This document shows, piece after piece, positions 46,327 to 55,303 of a stretch of 64,000 nucleotides of DNA (within the stretch, counting starts at the first letter, position 1; every line of letters begins with the position of its first letter). This DNA comes from Candidatus Saccharimonadales bacterium (GTDB lineage: Bacteria; Patescibacteriota; Saccharimonadia; Saccharimonadales; OMJO01). The stretch spans positions 9,721-73,720 of the forward strand of contig DATIID010000008.1 in assembly GCA_035480035.1 (NCBI GenBank), given 5' to 3'. The position numbers and the translations under genes are program-made. The notes beneath the pieces were generated by a model, which did no database searches, had not been told where the DNA came from, and saw only the letters and a list, made by a program, of their open reading frames with translations.

Positions 46327-46385
46327 AAATAAACTCCTAAACTAATTACATCATACCACCTCTGTCGAGAAGTGTAACCGTTTGG

Positions 46386-47417
46386 TTAGTTGTTAAGTTC
46401 TTTTTTGAATTTCTCAACCAGTTCGACTGGTGTTGGGTCAACGTTTTCGAGTAGCCCTAAGTAAATACTGGTAAAGTCACCGAGTACCGAAGTCCACAAG
46501 ACTTGTTCAAGTGGCGTTTTGCCCTCGGCATTCACCACTTCCGGATCAGGCCGTAGGCCAGATAGCATCCGTCCGGTTATGTCGAATCGCTTGGCAACAC
46601 GCGGATTATCGAGGCTGCTTCTTAGGTCAACTGTGCAATACGGCTTATCGAGCGGTTGTGAGCTCCAGCCGATGAACTCATTGTGGCTGATCTCTGGGAA
46701 TTGATTCCACCAAGCAATGTGCTTGGCATTTTCGTTAATACAAATTTTCCACTTCAATGCTACTGGGGCTAACAGTGGACCGGCGTAAACGACCACACTT
46801 TTAGCGACCATTTCCCTGGCCAGTTGCTTGGCTTGATTTTTGGAAGAGGGTACCGTCGCCAGCCAGTTTTTGATTTCGCCGCTTAGCCAATGGCCGGCTT
46901 CAATTAAAATTGATTGGCTGTTATGCGGAATCAAGCCCAATCGTTCGAACAATTGAATATAAGCTGCTAAGAAATAAAATGTCGCCATTCTGGGCTGTGA
47001 AGCTGCGGGTATAACAAATAAGGCATGGCTGTGTTTCTTGGCTAATTCGCTTAATTTGCCGCCATTACTCATCACCGTAATCTGGGCACCACGTTTCTCG
47101 GCTTCAGCTAGAGCGGCTAGAGTTTCTTCGGTATTACCAGAGTAGCTGGAGGCAATGAACAAGGTATTTGGACCGACGTATTTTGGCAGTTCGTAATTGC
47201 TGACTACTTCAAATGGCAAACTTAGCCCAGGCCAACTTTTTAGATATAAAGCTGGCCAGCCAGAACCGCCCATGCCACCGACAACAATATTGCTGATATC
47301 GTCCTTTTGTTCAAAAACTGCATCAAAATTATGATTCAGCTGAGCTGGTTGTTTTTCAGCAACACCCAAAGCGTCGCTGAGGTCGTGGTTGTGGATGTAT
47401 TTTAAATCGTCTAGCAA
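46386..47417 (-). CDS. bifunctional phosphoglucose/phosphomannose isomerase (SIS, archaeal/CPR type)
   Basis: Two SIS-like halves and SYSGNTEET. TTG start with a GGAGGG Shine-Dalgarno. Confidence 0.85.
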   Translation of the reverse strand: MLDDLKYIHNHDLSDALGVAEKQPAQLNHNFDAVFEQKDDISNIVVGGMGGSGWPALYLKSWPGLSLPFEVVSNYELPKYVGPNTLFIASSYSGNTEETLAALAEAEKRGAQITVMSNGGKLSELAKKHSHALFVIPAASQPRMATFYFLAAYIQLFERLGLIPHNSQSILIEAGHWLSGEIKNWLATVPSSKNQAKQLAREMVAKSVVVYAGPLLAPVALKWKICINENAKHIAWWNQFPEISHNEFIGWSSQPLDKPYCTVDLRSSLDNPRVAKRFDITGRMLSGLRPDPEVVNAEGKTPLEQVLWTSVLGDFTSIYLGLLENVDPTPVELVEKFKKELNN

Positions 47418-47499
47418 AATTACCCTCCAAAAAACGTTTATGTTTTTCGTGACATATCATATACTATAAACGAAATACCATTAAAGGGGGTGAAAATAA

Positions 47500-47973
47500 A
47501 TGTTTGGCAAAGATGATGATAGCCAAGACCAGCCGGCTACCCAAGATTCGGTGCAGCCTTCATTTGGGCAAACCATAACAATGCCGGCACCAACAACCGA
47601 TAATTCTGCCGCCACCGACGAAGTTGCAACCAGTCCAACAGTGCCTGCAGACGATAACAATGAAAATGTAACGACGGAGGACAATGTGGCAGACGACGCT
47701 TCAAAAGCCGCTGCAGCCAGTGGCAATGATGATTTACTAAAGATTAAACAATCGGCTCTTCAAAACCTAGCACCGCTAGTTGGCCAATTAGATCAAACCC
47801 CTGAAGAAAAATTTAAAACAACCATGATGATGATTCAGGCTGGTGATGACGCCACGCTAATTCAGACGGCTTACGATACGGCTAATCAAATTACCGACGA
47901 AAAAATCCGGGCTCAAGCCTTACTCGATATTGTCAACGAGATCAATTACTTCACTCAGCAGCACAACAGCTAG
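47500..47973 (+). CDS. hypothetical acidic protein with a disordered N-terminal half (157 aa)
   Basis: AGGGGG Shine-Dalgarno. C-terminal helical domain (EEKFKTTMMMIQAGDD...RAQALLDIVNEINYF). Confidence 0.6.
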   Translation: MFGKDDDSQDQPATQDSVQPSFGQTITMPAPTTDNSAATDEVATSPTVPADDNNENVTTEDNVADDASKAAAASGNDDLLKIKQSALQNLAPLVGQLDQTPEEKFKTTMMMIQAGDDATLIQTAYDTANQITDEKIRAQALLDIVNEINYFTQQHNS

Positions 47974-47977
47974 TTAG

Positions 47978-48409
47978 CTAGTCGTTGCCTTGAGGACCGG
48001 TGTCAACCAGACTTGGATTAGTGGTAGTGATTGGAGCTGGAGTAGGTTTTGGTTTGGGAGTTGGTTTAGTTGTGTTAGCCGCTTGCTGACTGACTTGGCC
48101 GTTATTAGAATTCGATGGTTCACTTGTGTCACTTGTAGAGTTGCTTGAATTACTTGCGGAAGATTGGGTCTCGGTCTTAGTTTGATTTTTGGTTGCGACT
48201 TGCGGAGTTTGATTTTTCTTATGATGTGAGCGGTAGATACCTCGACCACCAAAGAACGCACCCAGAGCCACACCAACGGTAATAACTAAAGTAGCAAAAG
48301 CTAGCAGCCAGGCAATGCCAACCCGTTCACGATGCTCGGCTTGATAATATTGATGCACCTCTGGCGGCATGCCAGTTTCATCGACTTCATTGTTTTGTAA
48401 TGGTGACAT
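47978..48409 (-). CDS. membrane-anchored hypothetical protein with a Ser/Thr/Asn/Pro-rich ectodomain (143 aa)
   Basis: Promoter and Shine-Dalgarno upstream. One TM helix. Confidence 0.55.
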   Translation of the reverse strand: MSPLQNNEVDETGMPPEVHQYYQAEHRERVGIAWLLAFATLVITVGVALGAFFGGRGIYRSHHKKNQTPQVATKNQTKTETQSSASNSSNSTSDTSEPSNSNNGQVSQQAANTTKPTPKPKPTPAPITTTNPSLVDTGPQGND

Positions 48410-48427
48410 AAACTCCGCAATTCTCCA

Positions 48428-48471
48428 CCTTTATGTAAAGGTATAATAGTATATTATGAGCTTTTTTGCAA
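48428..48471 (-). promoter_or_regulatory. TTGCAA-N17-TATTAT promoter followed by the 14-bp palindrome CCTTTATGTAAAGG
   Basis: On the minus strand, TTGCAA is at 48471..48466 and TATTAT at 48448..48443. The palindrome at 48428..48441 covers the predicted transcription start. Confidence 0.45.
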
Positions 48472-48485
48472 GCTTACAAACCATG

Positions 48486-48908
48486 TTAACCTTCGGGTAG
48501 AGCGTCAAACTTTAAGTTTAGCTGATCGGTAACTCCACATATCTCAAGGGTACGTTTTAAAGTTGGATCTAGATTTCTAACGCTAAAATCGACGCCCATA
48601 CTTTTACATAAATTAGTTGTGTCTAAGAGCAGTTTTACAGTTCGGCTATCAACAAAAGTTAGTGCACAAGCTTCGAGCTCAAGGCTGTCGCCAGGCTGAC
48701 TATAAAGATGGAATCGATCGAGATAGTGGCTTAACGTTTGAGCTGACTCCAAATTTAATGCACCATAAACCATAAAAGTCGTCCGGTCTGGTTCGACTGA
48801 AATAAACAGTTCGGAATCTTCCCGACTCTCTGTTAAAGCTATAGATTCATTTGGCCCAGTCGATCTGAGTGGACTATCTTCAAAATTTTCACCAAATTCT
48901 GTCATCAA
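48486..48908 (-). CDS. STAS-domain protein (anti-sigma-factor-antagonist-like)
   Basis: The C-terminal 100 aa show the SpoIIAA/STAS pattern (LELEACALTFVDSRTVKLLLD...LKRTLEICGV). No partner kinase or phosphatase is nearby. Confidence 0.6.
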   Translation of the reverse strand: MMTEFGENFEDSPLRSTGPNESIALTESREDSELFISVEPDRTTFMVYGALNLESAQTLSHYLDRFHLYSQPGDSLELEACALTFVDSRTVKLLLDTTNLCKSMGVDFSVRNLDPTLKRTLEICGVTDQLNLKFDALPEG

Positions 48909-48954
48909 GCAAATAATACAACAATATTAAAATTTTGCAAGGTGTGCTAGAGTA

Positions 48955-49863
48955 GTGATGATTACTATGTCAGAAACTTTAGATCAATCGGCGTTCGCCG
49001 ACGAACTTAGACCAGCAGTAGAAAGATTGTACGATAGACATCTAGAAGTTGCCCGCCCATGGTCAGCTTACGATGTTATTGATTGGAGCCAAGCTGAAGG
49101 GTTTGGCGACAAGCCTTGGTCACCAAGTGACTATCCCTTAAATGAAGCTGCGCGAAGTTCTGTTGTTGTCAATCTATTAACTGAAGACAATGCTCCTTAT
49201 TACACCCATCTTATAAAGTCCGTAACCCCCAAAGACCATCCTCTCCAAACCTGGAATAATCAGTGGACGATGGAAGAAGGACAACACTCATACGCTATTA
49301 GAACATGGGCGCATTTATCACGAGCCGTTGATCCTGACGAATTGGAAGCTGGACGCAGAACTCAAATGGCAGGAGGTGTCGTCCCCCAACCTGAAACATT
49401 AGCCGATATGCTTGCTTACGTGCCCTTCCAAGAGAAAGCTACTCAAATAGCCCACAGTAACACTGGTAGCCATCTTCCTAGAGAAGATAAAACCGGTCGA
49501 AAGGTATTGGCATTGGTGGCGGGTGATGAAACGAAACACTACAATTTTTACCGCGATGTGGCAGGCTCAGCTATAGAAGTAGATCCTTCGGCTATGGTAA
49601 TCGCTATCTCCAGTCAAGTCAGGGGTTTCGCTATGCCCGGTACTGGCATCCCGGGATTCAAAGAGCATGCCGATAAAATTGCCAAGGCTGGCATTTACAA
49701 CTTGAGCCATTTCAAAGAAAAAGTTGTCGAACCGACCCTTGAAGCTTGGGACATAAAAAATGTCGAGGGGCTGAACGATGAAGCTGAAGTTGCGCGCGAT
49801 AAATTATTTGCGTTTGTCGAAAAAGTAGGCAGAGTTGCCACTCGACTGGGCCATACGTCTTAA
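48955..49863 (+). CDS. soluble acyl-ACP desaturase family di-iron protein (DesA-like)
   Basis: LLTEDNAPYY, MEEGQH (ExxH) and GDETKHYNFY (ExxH), the di-iron ligand pattern of PF03405. The start could instead be the ATG at 48958 or 48967. Confidence 0.85.
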   Translation: MMITMSETLDQSAFADELRPAVERLYDRHLEVARPWSAYDVIDWSQAEGFGDKPWSPSDYPLNEAARSSVVVNLLTEDNAPYYTHLIKSVTPKDHPLQTWNNQWTMEEGQHSYAIRTWAHLSRAVDPDELEAGRRTQMAGGVVPQPETLADMLAYVPFQEKATQIAHSNTGSHLPREDKTGRKVLALVAGDETKHYNFYRDVAGSAIEVDPSAMVIAISSQVRGFAMPGTGIPGFKEHADKIAKAGIYNLSHFKEKVVEPTLEAWDIKNVEGLNDEAEVARDKLFAFVEKVGRVATRLGHTS

Positions 49864-49945
49864 AAACTAGTAGTAGTTGAACATTTGACAATATGCCAAT
49901 TTGCTAAGGCAGTGCTAAACTAGAATTCAAACGTGGAGGGTAACC

Positions 49946-50998
49946 ATGGACAATCAGCCTACCCTTTGGGGTAATGAAAACGCTGAAGATTTCAGACGAT
50001 CACTCGAATTACAAAACTTTGGGCTGATCAGGCATGGGCTTAGCTTGGACGAAATTGACGAAGCTGCTGCTGCTTACGCAAACTTTACCGATAATTTACC
50101 TGATCCACCGCTAGAACTCGTCGAAGCCATGATACCTAGAGGAGATGATCCAAAAGTAGTTGGTGATCTTCTCGATAATCTTGACTACGATCAAGACGAT
50201 CCCGATAAATATGAGTGGCACAAATACCGTACCAACTACCCGGAATTTGCCAAACCTGGTGGATATACTAATCGTTCTCTGCAAACCGAGGCACTATACA
50301 AAGTTCGTGGTATTACAGTAATAGATGACCCAAAGGAGTTTTACCATTTTCACCCAACTAGTACAGTTAGCATGAATGAGATCCACCGAGAGCGCGGCTG
50401 GGGATCATTACCGCCCGAAGTTGACCAGTTACACGCTAAGTTAATGCGTATTCACAACGCCGGTGCTGACGCAACTCGATTTGCTTATCAAGCACTTGAG
50501 GACACTCACCCAGAAATTCTACCCAAACACTTCGGCCCTAAAGATGTCCATAGCAGTCCGCTGAGGGTTTTACTTTATCATCGCGATCTGAGCGAGCCGC
50601 TCTTAAGCACCAAAAAAGATGATCAACCGCTAGCCGGAGCGCATACCGACAAAGCCGCTTTTACTATCCAGGTCGCTGAAAGCCACCTAGGGCTATGGCT
50701 CAACGATGAAAGCCAGTTTATTGATCGTGAACCTGAATTTGCCGTAGGATTTGCCGGCAAAACTTTAAACCGCCCTAGTGCTTACCCTGAAAGCACAGTT
50801 AACCCAGGTTGGCACGGTGTTAAAAACAAACCAGAAGCTTCACGCGGTCGTCAGCTCCATGGTCAAAATGCAGCTCGAACAGCCATAATATTTTTTGCTA
50901 ATTCTTTGTTAGCCGGTACGGTTTTGGATAAAGCTGAAACTCATACTAGGCCCGATGAATTAGTTGATAACCTTTTGCCTGACGAAGCTGTCGCTTAA
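49946..50998 (+). CDS. 2OG-Fe(II) oxygenase superfamily protein (IPNS-like core)
   Basis: AHTDKAAFTIQ...GLWL (HxD), then GWHGV (distal His), then RTAIIFF (Arg). GGAGGG Shine-Dalgarno. Confidence 0.6.
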   Translation: MDNQPTLWGNENAEDFRRSLELQNFGLIRHGLSLDEIDEAAAAYANFTDNLPDPPLELVEAMIPRGDDPKVVGDLLDNLDYDQDDPDKYEWHKYRTNYPEFAKPGGYTNRSLQTEALYKVRGITVIDDPKEFYHFHPTSTVSMNEIHRERGWGSLPPEVDQLHAKLMRIHNAGADATRFAYQALEDTHPEILPKHFGPKDVHSSPLRVLLYHRDLSEPLLSTKKDDQPLAGAHTDKAAFTIQVAESHLGLWLNDESQFIDREPEFAVGFAGKTLNRPSAYPESTVNPGWHGVKNKPEASRGRQLHGQNAARTAIIFFANSLLAGTVLDKAETHTRPDELVDNLLPDEAVA

Positions 50999-50999
50999 T

Positions 51000-51200
51000 C
51001 TAGGAGCTGCTGCCGATTAAACGGCCAAGCTGCTTAGCGGTTTGTTCACGACGTAGATATTCATCCAGCTCAACGATTTCGTAGCTAGAAAAATGTCTTC
51101 GCGTTTCCAGTGAACCGTCTGACGGCATTACCAAACTTACATTTTCGTTCGAAGGAGCCAATTCATCAATTGGCTTTTGGTCTTGTTCAAATTCACCCAT
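51000..51200 (-). CDS. hypothetical small protein (66 aa), weakly supported
   Basis: ORF only, downstream of groEL. No Shine-Dalgarno or promoter recognised. Confidence 0.3.
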   Translation of the reverse strand: MGEFEQDQKPIDELAPSNENVSLVMPSDGSLETRRHFSSYEIVELDEYLRREQTAKQLGRLIGSSS

Positions 51201-51238
51201 GTTTATGCTTACGTTTAATATTTTGTATATTACACCGA

Positions 51239-52885
51239 CTACATGCCCATGTCCATGCCGCCCATGCCACCACCTGGCATAGCCGAACTAGAAGCTTTTT
51301 CAGGTACATCAACTACCAACGCACCCATAGTCATCGAAGTACCGGCAATTGAGACGGCATTTTGAATTGCTTCACGCGTTACCCGCACTGGGTCAACAAT
51401 ACCATTGGCTTTAAGGTCGACTAATTTGGTTGGGTTAGTAACATCGATGCCGTGACCGATTTTAGCCTTCTTAACTTGGGGTAACCACTCATCGGCATTC
51501 TCACCAGAGTTTTCCATTAAAATTCGAAACGGTTGTTCTAGAGCCTTTTGCAGTAGAGTACCGCCAGTCGAGAGTGAATCTTGGCCTTTTAGCTTAAGGT
51601 TGGCTAAGTTGACTAGTGTCACCCCGCCACCCGGTACAATACCTTCATCGAGAGCAGCTTTAACGGCCGCCACCGCGTCATCAACACGGAATTTCTTCTC
51701 TTCAATTTCAGTTTCGGTGGCTCCACCAACTTTAATTACTGCAACTTTGCCATTCAGAGCAGCTCGTCGCTTCTCCAGATTTTCGCGGTCATATTCGCTA
51801 GATGCGGCGTCGATTTGAGCATTGATTTGCTTAACTCGGGCGGCCACAGCTGAAGCTTTACCACCACCTTCAATAATGGTGGTTTCGTCTTTGTTGACAA
51901 TTACCTTTCGAGCACTACCTATCGCATCTAGGTCGGCTTCTTCAAAACTAGCACCAGTGTCTTCGCTGATAACGATTCCGCCTGTCAAAATAGCAATATC
52001 TTCCAATATTTCTTTGCGTCGGTCGCCAAAAGCTGGAGCTTTGATGGCAATGGTATTAAATACGCCTTTCAGACGGTTCAAAATAAGTGTACCTAGAGCT
52101 TCCCCGTCAACGTCTTCAGCAATTAACACCAAATCCTTTTTACCAGCTTGGGCTAATTTTTCCAATATTGGTAAAAACTCTTGCACCGAACTTATTTTTT
52201 TGTCGGTGATTAATATGGCAGGTTTGTTGTAAACTGCTTCCATACGAGTAGTGTCAGTCACCATGTATGGGCTGACAAAGCCACGATCAAAAGTAAAGCC
52301 TTCGACAACTTCACTTTCCATAAGGAGGCCTTGGCCTTCTTCGACTGTGACTACGCCTTCTTTGCCAACTTTATCGATAACATCAGCGATTAAATCGCCA
52401 ATTTCCTTATCACCAGCTGAAATGGTGGCTACTTCAGCGACTCGCTTTTTGTTGCTCTTAATGTCTTCACTCATGCCCGACAGTTTGGCAATCACATCTG
52501 CAGCGGCCGTTTCCAAACCCTTACGCAACTGTATTGGGTCGTGGCCAGCAGCGATCAATTTATTGGCTTCGTTCAAAATGTGGTAGGTCAAAACTGTGAC
52601 AGTAGTGGTACCATCGCCAGCGACGTCGTTCATTTTGTTAGCGGCTTGTTTGATCAGTTCAGCACCGACGCTATAGCCAAGTGTTTCGTCATCAACGTCT
52701 TCAATTTCAACGCCTTTGGCCACCGTTACGCCGTCGTGAGTAATCGTTGGTGAACCATAACTCTTGCTGATAATAGCGTTGCGGCCCTTTGGACCCATAG
52801 TCGTTTTAACAGCATCATATAAAATTTGCGCCCCACCCAAAACCCGCTTGCGGGCATCATCATCATAAAAAACTTTTTTAGCCAT
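51239..52885 (-). CDS. groL: chaperonin GroEL
   Basis: Full-length Cpn60 with a GGM-rich C-terminus. Confidence 0.98.
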   Translation of the reverse strand: MAKKVFYDDDARKRVLGGAQILYDAVKTTMGPKGRNAIISKSYGSPTITHDGVTVAKGVEIEDVDDETLGYSVGAELIKQAANKMNDVAGDGTTTVTVLTYHILNEANKLIAAGHDPIQLRKGLETAAADVIAKLSGMSEDIKSNKKRVAEVATISAGDKEIGDLIADVIDKVGKEGVVTVEEGQGLLMESEVVEGFTFDRGFVSPYMVTDTTRMEAVYNKPAILITDKKISSVQEFLPILEKLAQAGKKDLVLIAEDVDGEALGTLILNRLKGVFNTIAIKAPAFGDRRKEILEDIAILTGGIVISEDTGASFEEADLDAIGSARKVIVNKDETTIIEGGGKASAVAARVKQINAQIDAASSEYDRENLEKRRAALNGKVAVIKVGGATETEIEEKKFRVDDAVAAVKAALDEGIVPGGGVTLVNLANLKLKGQDSLSTGGTLLQKALEQPFRILMENSGENADEWLPQVKKAKIGHGIDVTNPTKLVDLKANGIVDPVRVTREAIQNAVSIAGTSMTMGALVVDVPEKASSSAMPGGGMGGMDMGM

Positions 52886-52904
52886 GTGTCATTCTCTCCT
52901 TGTT

Positions 52905-53168
52905 TCAGACCACTTTGAAATAAACTTCTTCTTCTTTCATGTAAACATATTCGGCATTGTCGATTTTGACTGGTGACGAATAGTTGGAATAGAAGATTTG
53001 ATCGCGTACTTTGACCTCTTTAACGTCTTTGCCAACCGCTACAACCTCAGCCATTTTGACATCTTCTTTGGCTGACTCAGGCAGATAAAAACCGCTGGCA
53101 GTTTTGGCTGTTGATTCAATTTTTTTGGCGACAATTTTATCACCAAAGGCACTTATTTTCTTGGCCAT
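52905..53168 (-). CDS. groS: co-chaperonin GroES
   Basis: Cpn10 pattern. I prefer the ATG at 53168 (MAKKISAFGDKIV) with GGAGG upstream. The ORF track starts at 53195. Confidence 0.95.
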   Translation of the reverse strand: MAKKISAFGDKIVAKKIESTAKTASGFYLPESAKEDVKMAEVVAVGKDVKEVKVRDQIFYSNYSSPVKIDNAEYVYMKEEEVYFKVV

Positions 53169-53234
53169 TGTTTCCTCCGAATTTAACTTTCCCAAGTAAG
53201 CGAATTAATGGTCCTCGCAACTACCATCAATCCA

Positions 53235-53261
53235 TTAGCACTCAATGTAGCAGAGTGCCAG
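53235..53261. promoter_or_regulatory. CIRCE element (HrcA operator) upstream of groES
   Basis: TTAGCACTC-N9-GAGTGCCAG against the consensus TTAGCACTC-N9-GAGTGCTAA. The left arm is perfect and the right arm matches 7 of 9. Confidence 0.8.
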
Positions 53262-53322
53262 CGTTCAGTCAAGATAGTTGCTTAGGTGTGCTACAATTTA
53301 GGATGAGAAAATTTAAATAAAT

Positions 53323-54231
53323 ATGGTTACGATTAACAAAACAGTCATGATGTCCGGCGCCGATTATTTCAGTGACGAGTTTGCTATAAATGCTTACATG
53401 AACAGTCGCGTCAAGATTGATGTCGACAAAGCCAAGGCCGAGCACGCCGCGATCAAACAAGCCATGATTGATGCTGGCATAAATGTTATTCAAGTACCAC
53501 CGCCGCAGGGGTGTCAAGACGGTGTTTACACCGCTAACTGGGCGCTTTGCCGTGGCGATAAAGCTGTAATGTCTGCCTTACCCAACAAACGCCAAGCCGA
53601 ATCTCCTTATGCCGAAGCTGCTCTCAAAAACCAGGGCAAAACGATTATTCGGTTGCCGGTGGATGCTCGCTTTAGTGGCCAGGGCGATGCCTTACCCTTT
53701 GGTAAATTCTTATTTGCTGGGACTAATTACCGCACCGATTTTTCAGTTCATGCCTACCTTCAACACCATCTGGAGTACAAAGTTATCAGCTTGCAAACCA
53801 TTCCTAAGCGTAAATGGTTTGGCTATGGTGCCCGCATCGTAAACAGCGTAACTGGCTGGCCCGACAGCTATTTCTACGATATTGATCTGGCTATCGGTGT
53901 TCTAGACGACAATACAATCGCCTATTGTCCGGAGGCTTTTGTGCCGTTTAGCCGTCGTTTGCTGGCCGATTTGCCAGTCCGTAAAATCATCGTCTCACGG
54001 GGTGAAGCGACCAAAGGTTTTGCTTGCAATCTAGTCTCGACAGGTGAAACGGTCATCATGAGTGCTCATGCGCCAAAACTCAAAGCCGAAATTGAAAAAC
54101 TGGGCTATAAGACTATCACTCCAGCCGTAACTGAGCTTGGCAAGGGCGGCGGCTACATCCGCTGCACAACCTTAACCTTAGACAACGCCATTGCAGACAC
54201 AGCCACCGCCACTGCCACGGCTACTACTTAG
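53323..54231 (+). CDS. amidinotransferase-fold enzyme (DDAH / arginine-deiminase-related family)
   Basis: C-terminal GKGGGYIRCTTL contains the catalytic Cys motif of the guanidino-group-modifying superfamily. Ends in a TATATATATT low-complexity tail. Confidence 0.75.
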   Translation: MVTINKTVMMSGADYFSDEFAINAYMNSRVKIDVDKAKAEHAAIKQAMIDAGINVIQVPPPQGCQDGVYTANWALCRGDKAVMSALPNKRQAESPYAEAALKNQGKTIIRLPVDARFSGQGDALPFGKFLFAGTNYRTDFSVHAYLQHHLEYKVISLQTIPKRKWFGYGARIVNSVTGWPDSYFYDIDLAIGVLDDNTIAYCPEAFVPFSRRLLADLPVRKIIVSRGEATKGFACNLVSTGETVIMSAHAPKLKAEIEKLGYKTITPAVTELGKGGGYIRCTTLTLDNAIADTATATATATT

Positions 54232-55256
54232 CGTGGTCGTCTTGGATCTTCTTTAGGTGGTGTAAGTTGTCTTTTAGCAAGCTTAAATTCATCAAAGTCA
54301 TCAAAACCATTTAAGCGTACAGCTCTTGAATCAAAATCTTTCTCATCACGTTTAATCGAAGGTACGACTAAAACTTTGTGTTCACGAACATCTTGACCAA
54401 GTTGGACCATCTCTTTTCTAAGTTGTGCGCTTTTAGGGTCAAAACCCGGCAGAGTTGTACTTAAAAACCAAGCACCCAGACGTTGTCGGGCACTGTTTGA
54501 TTGGCGAGAGCGTCGTTCATCACGATTAGCGACTCCACGGCCCAGCTGACTGTTTTCTTGATACCAGACTGGTAAATCAGCGTTGCCGGTAGCACTACCC
54601 TTCTGAATAACGCCTTTCATCCAGTGGCTTGTAGCAATATCGGCCCTGGGGAAAGCTCTTTTCATAAATTTCTCTGCGATTGTCAACGTACGACCAGATG
54701 AATAAACTTCATCGACCACTAGAACGGTTTTATCATCAAGTTCGGTTGGTCGACGGTCAATTTCTGGAGTTAAACCATGGGTTAATTCTTTACCATCAAC
54801 AAAGATTGAACGTAAACTTCTAATGATACTTTGGTCAACATGGTCAATGTCAACAGCACCTTGACCGTGTGGGTCAATTGTATTAATCCACTGTTCACGA
54901 TCTATGTTTAGAAATCGAAATTCCGGTAGTTCTGGTACATTACCGTCTTCATCTGCGGCTAAAGTTGGCCACAATTCCTTCGTCAACCAAGATACTGGCC
55001 GAGCCGACTTATCCAACCAAATAACATAGTCTGGCTTTTTAACTTCTTCTTCACCGGTTTCATGATTTGTAACTCTAACACCCTCGGTCATTTGACGTAT
55101 TAATTCGTCAGTTAGTGAAACATATTGAGTGTGTAACTCTTCGCTGCTTTTCATGCTCCCATCGGTCCGACGATGGGCCACTAGGAGTTCATAGTCACTG
55201 TGTGGTTGTGGCTCAATTTCAGGACTCGACTGAGGTGAAAATGCTGTTTCGGGCAT
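54228..55256 (-). CDS. hypothetical protein with a phosphoribosyltransferase-type PRPP-binding motif
   Basis: VLVVDEVYSSGRTL matches the PRTase PRPP loop. The rest is unrecognised. Confidence 0.55.
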   Translation of the reverse strand: MPETAFSPQSSPEIEPQPHSDYELLVAHRRTDGSMKSSEELHTQYVSLTDELIRQMTEGVRVTNHETGEEEVKKPDYVIWLDKSARPVSWLTKELWPTLAADEDGNVPELPEFRFLNIDREQWINTIDPHGQGAVDIDHVDQSIIRSLRSIFVDGKELTHGLTPEIDRRPTELDDKTVLVVDEVYSSGRTLTIAEKFMKRAFPRADIATSHWMKGVIQKGSATGNADLPVWYQENSQLGRGVANRDERRSRQSNSARQRLGAWFLSTTLPGFDPKSAQLRKEMVQLGQDVREHKVLVVPSIKRDEKDFDSRAVRLNGFDDFDEFKLAKRQLTPPKEDPRRPR

Positions 55257-55303
55257 ATCCTTATTTTAGCATAAATTCTTATGTTTTACAATATTATTGC
55301 TTA

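Noticed and set aside
47481-48276. ORFs at 47481..47726 (minus strand) and 47974..48276 (minus strand).
   Set aside because: These are shadow frames of the 47500..47973 and 47978..48409 genes. They are produced by low-complexity, stop-poor sequence.
54190-54231. An (ACN-GCN)n repeat encoding TATATATATT at the end of the amidinotransferase-fold gene.
   Set aside because: It is a short in-frame low-complexity tail overlapping the convergent gene's stop. There is no evidence of a functional repeat element.
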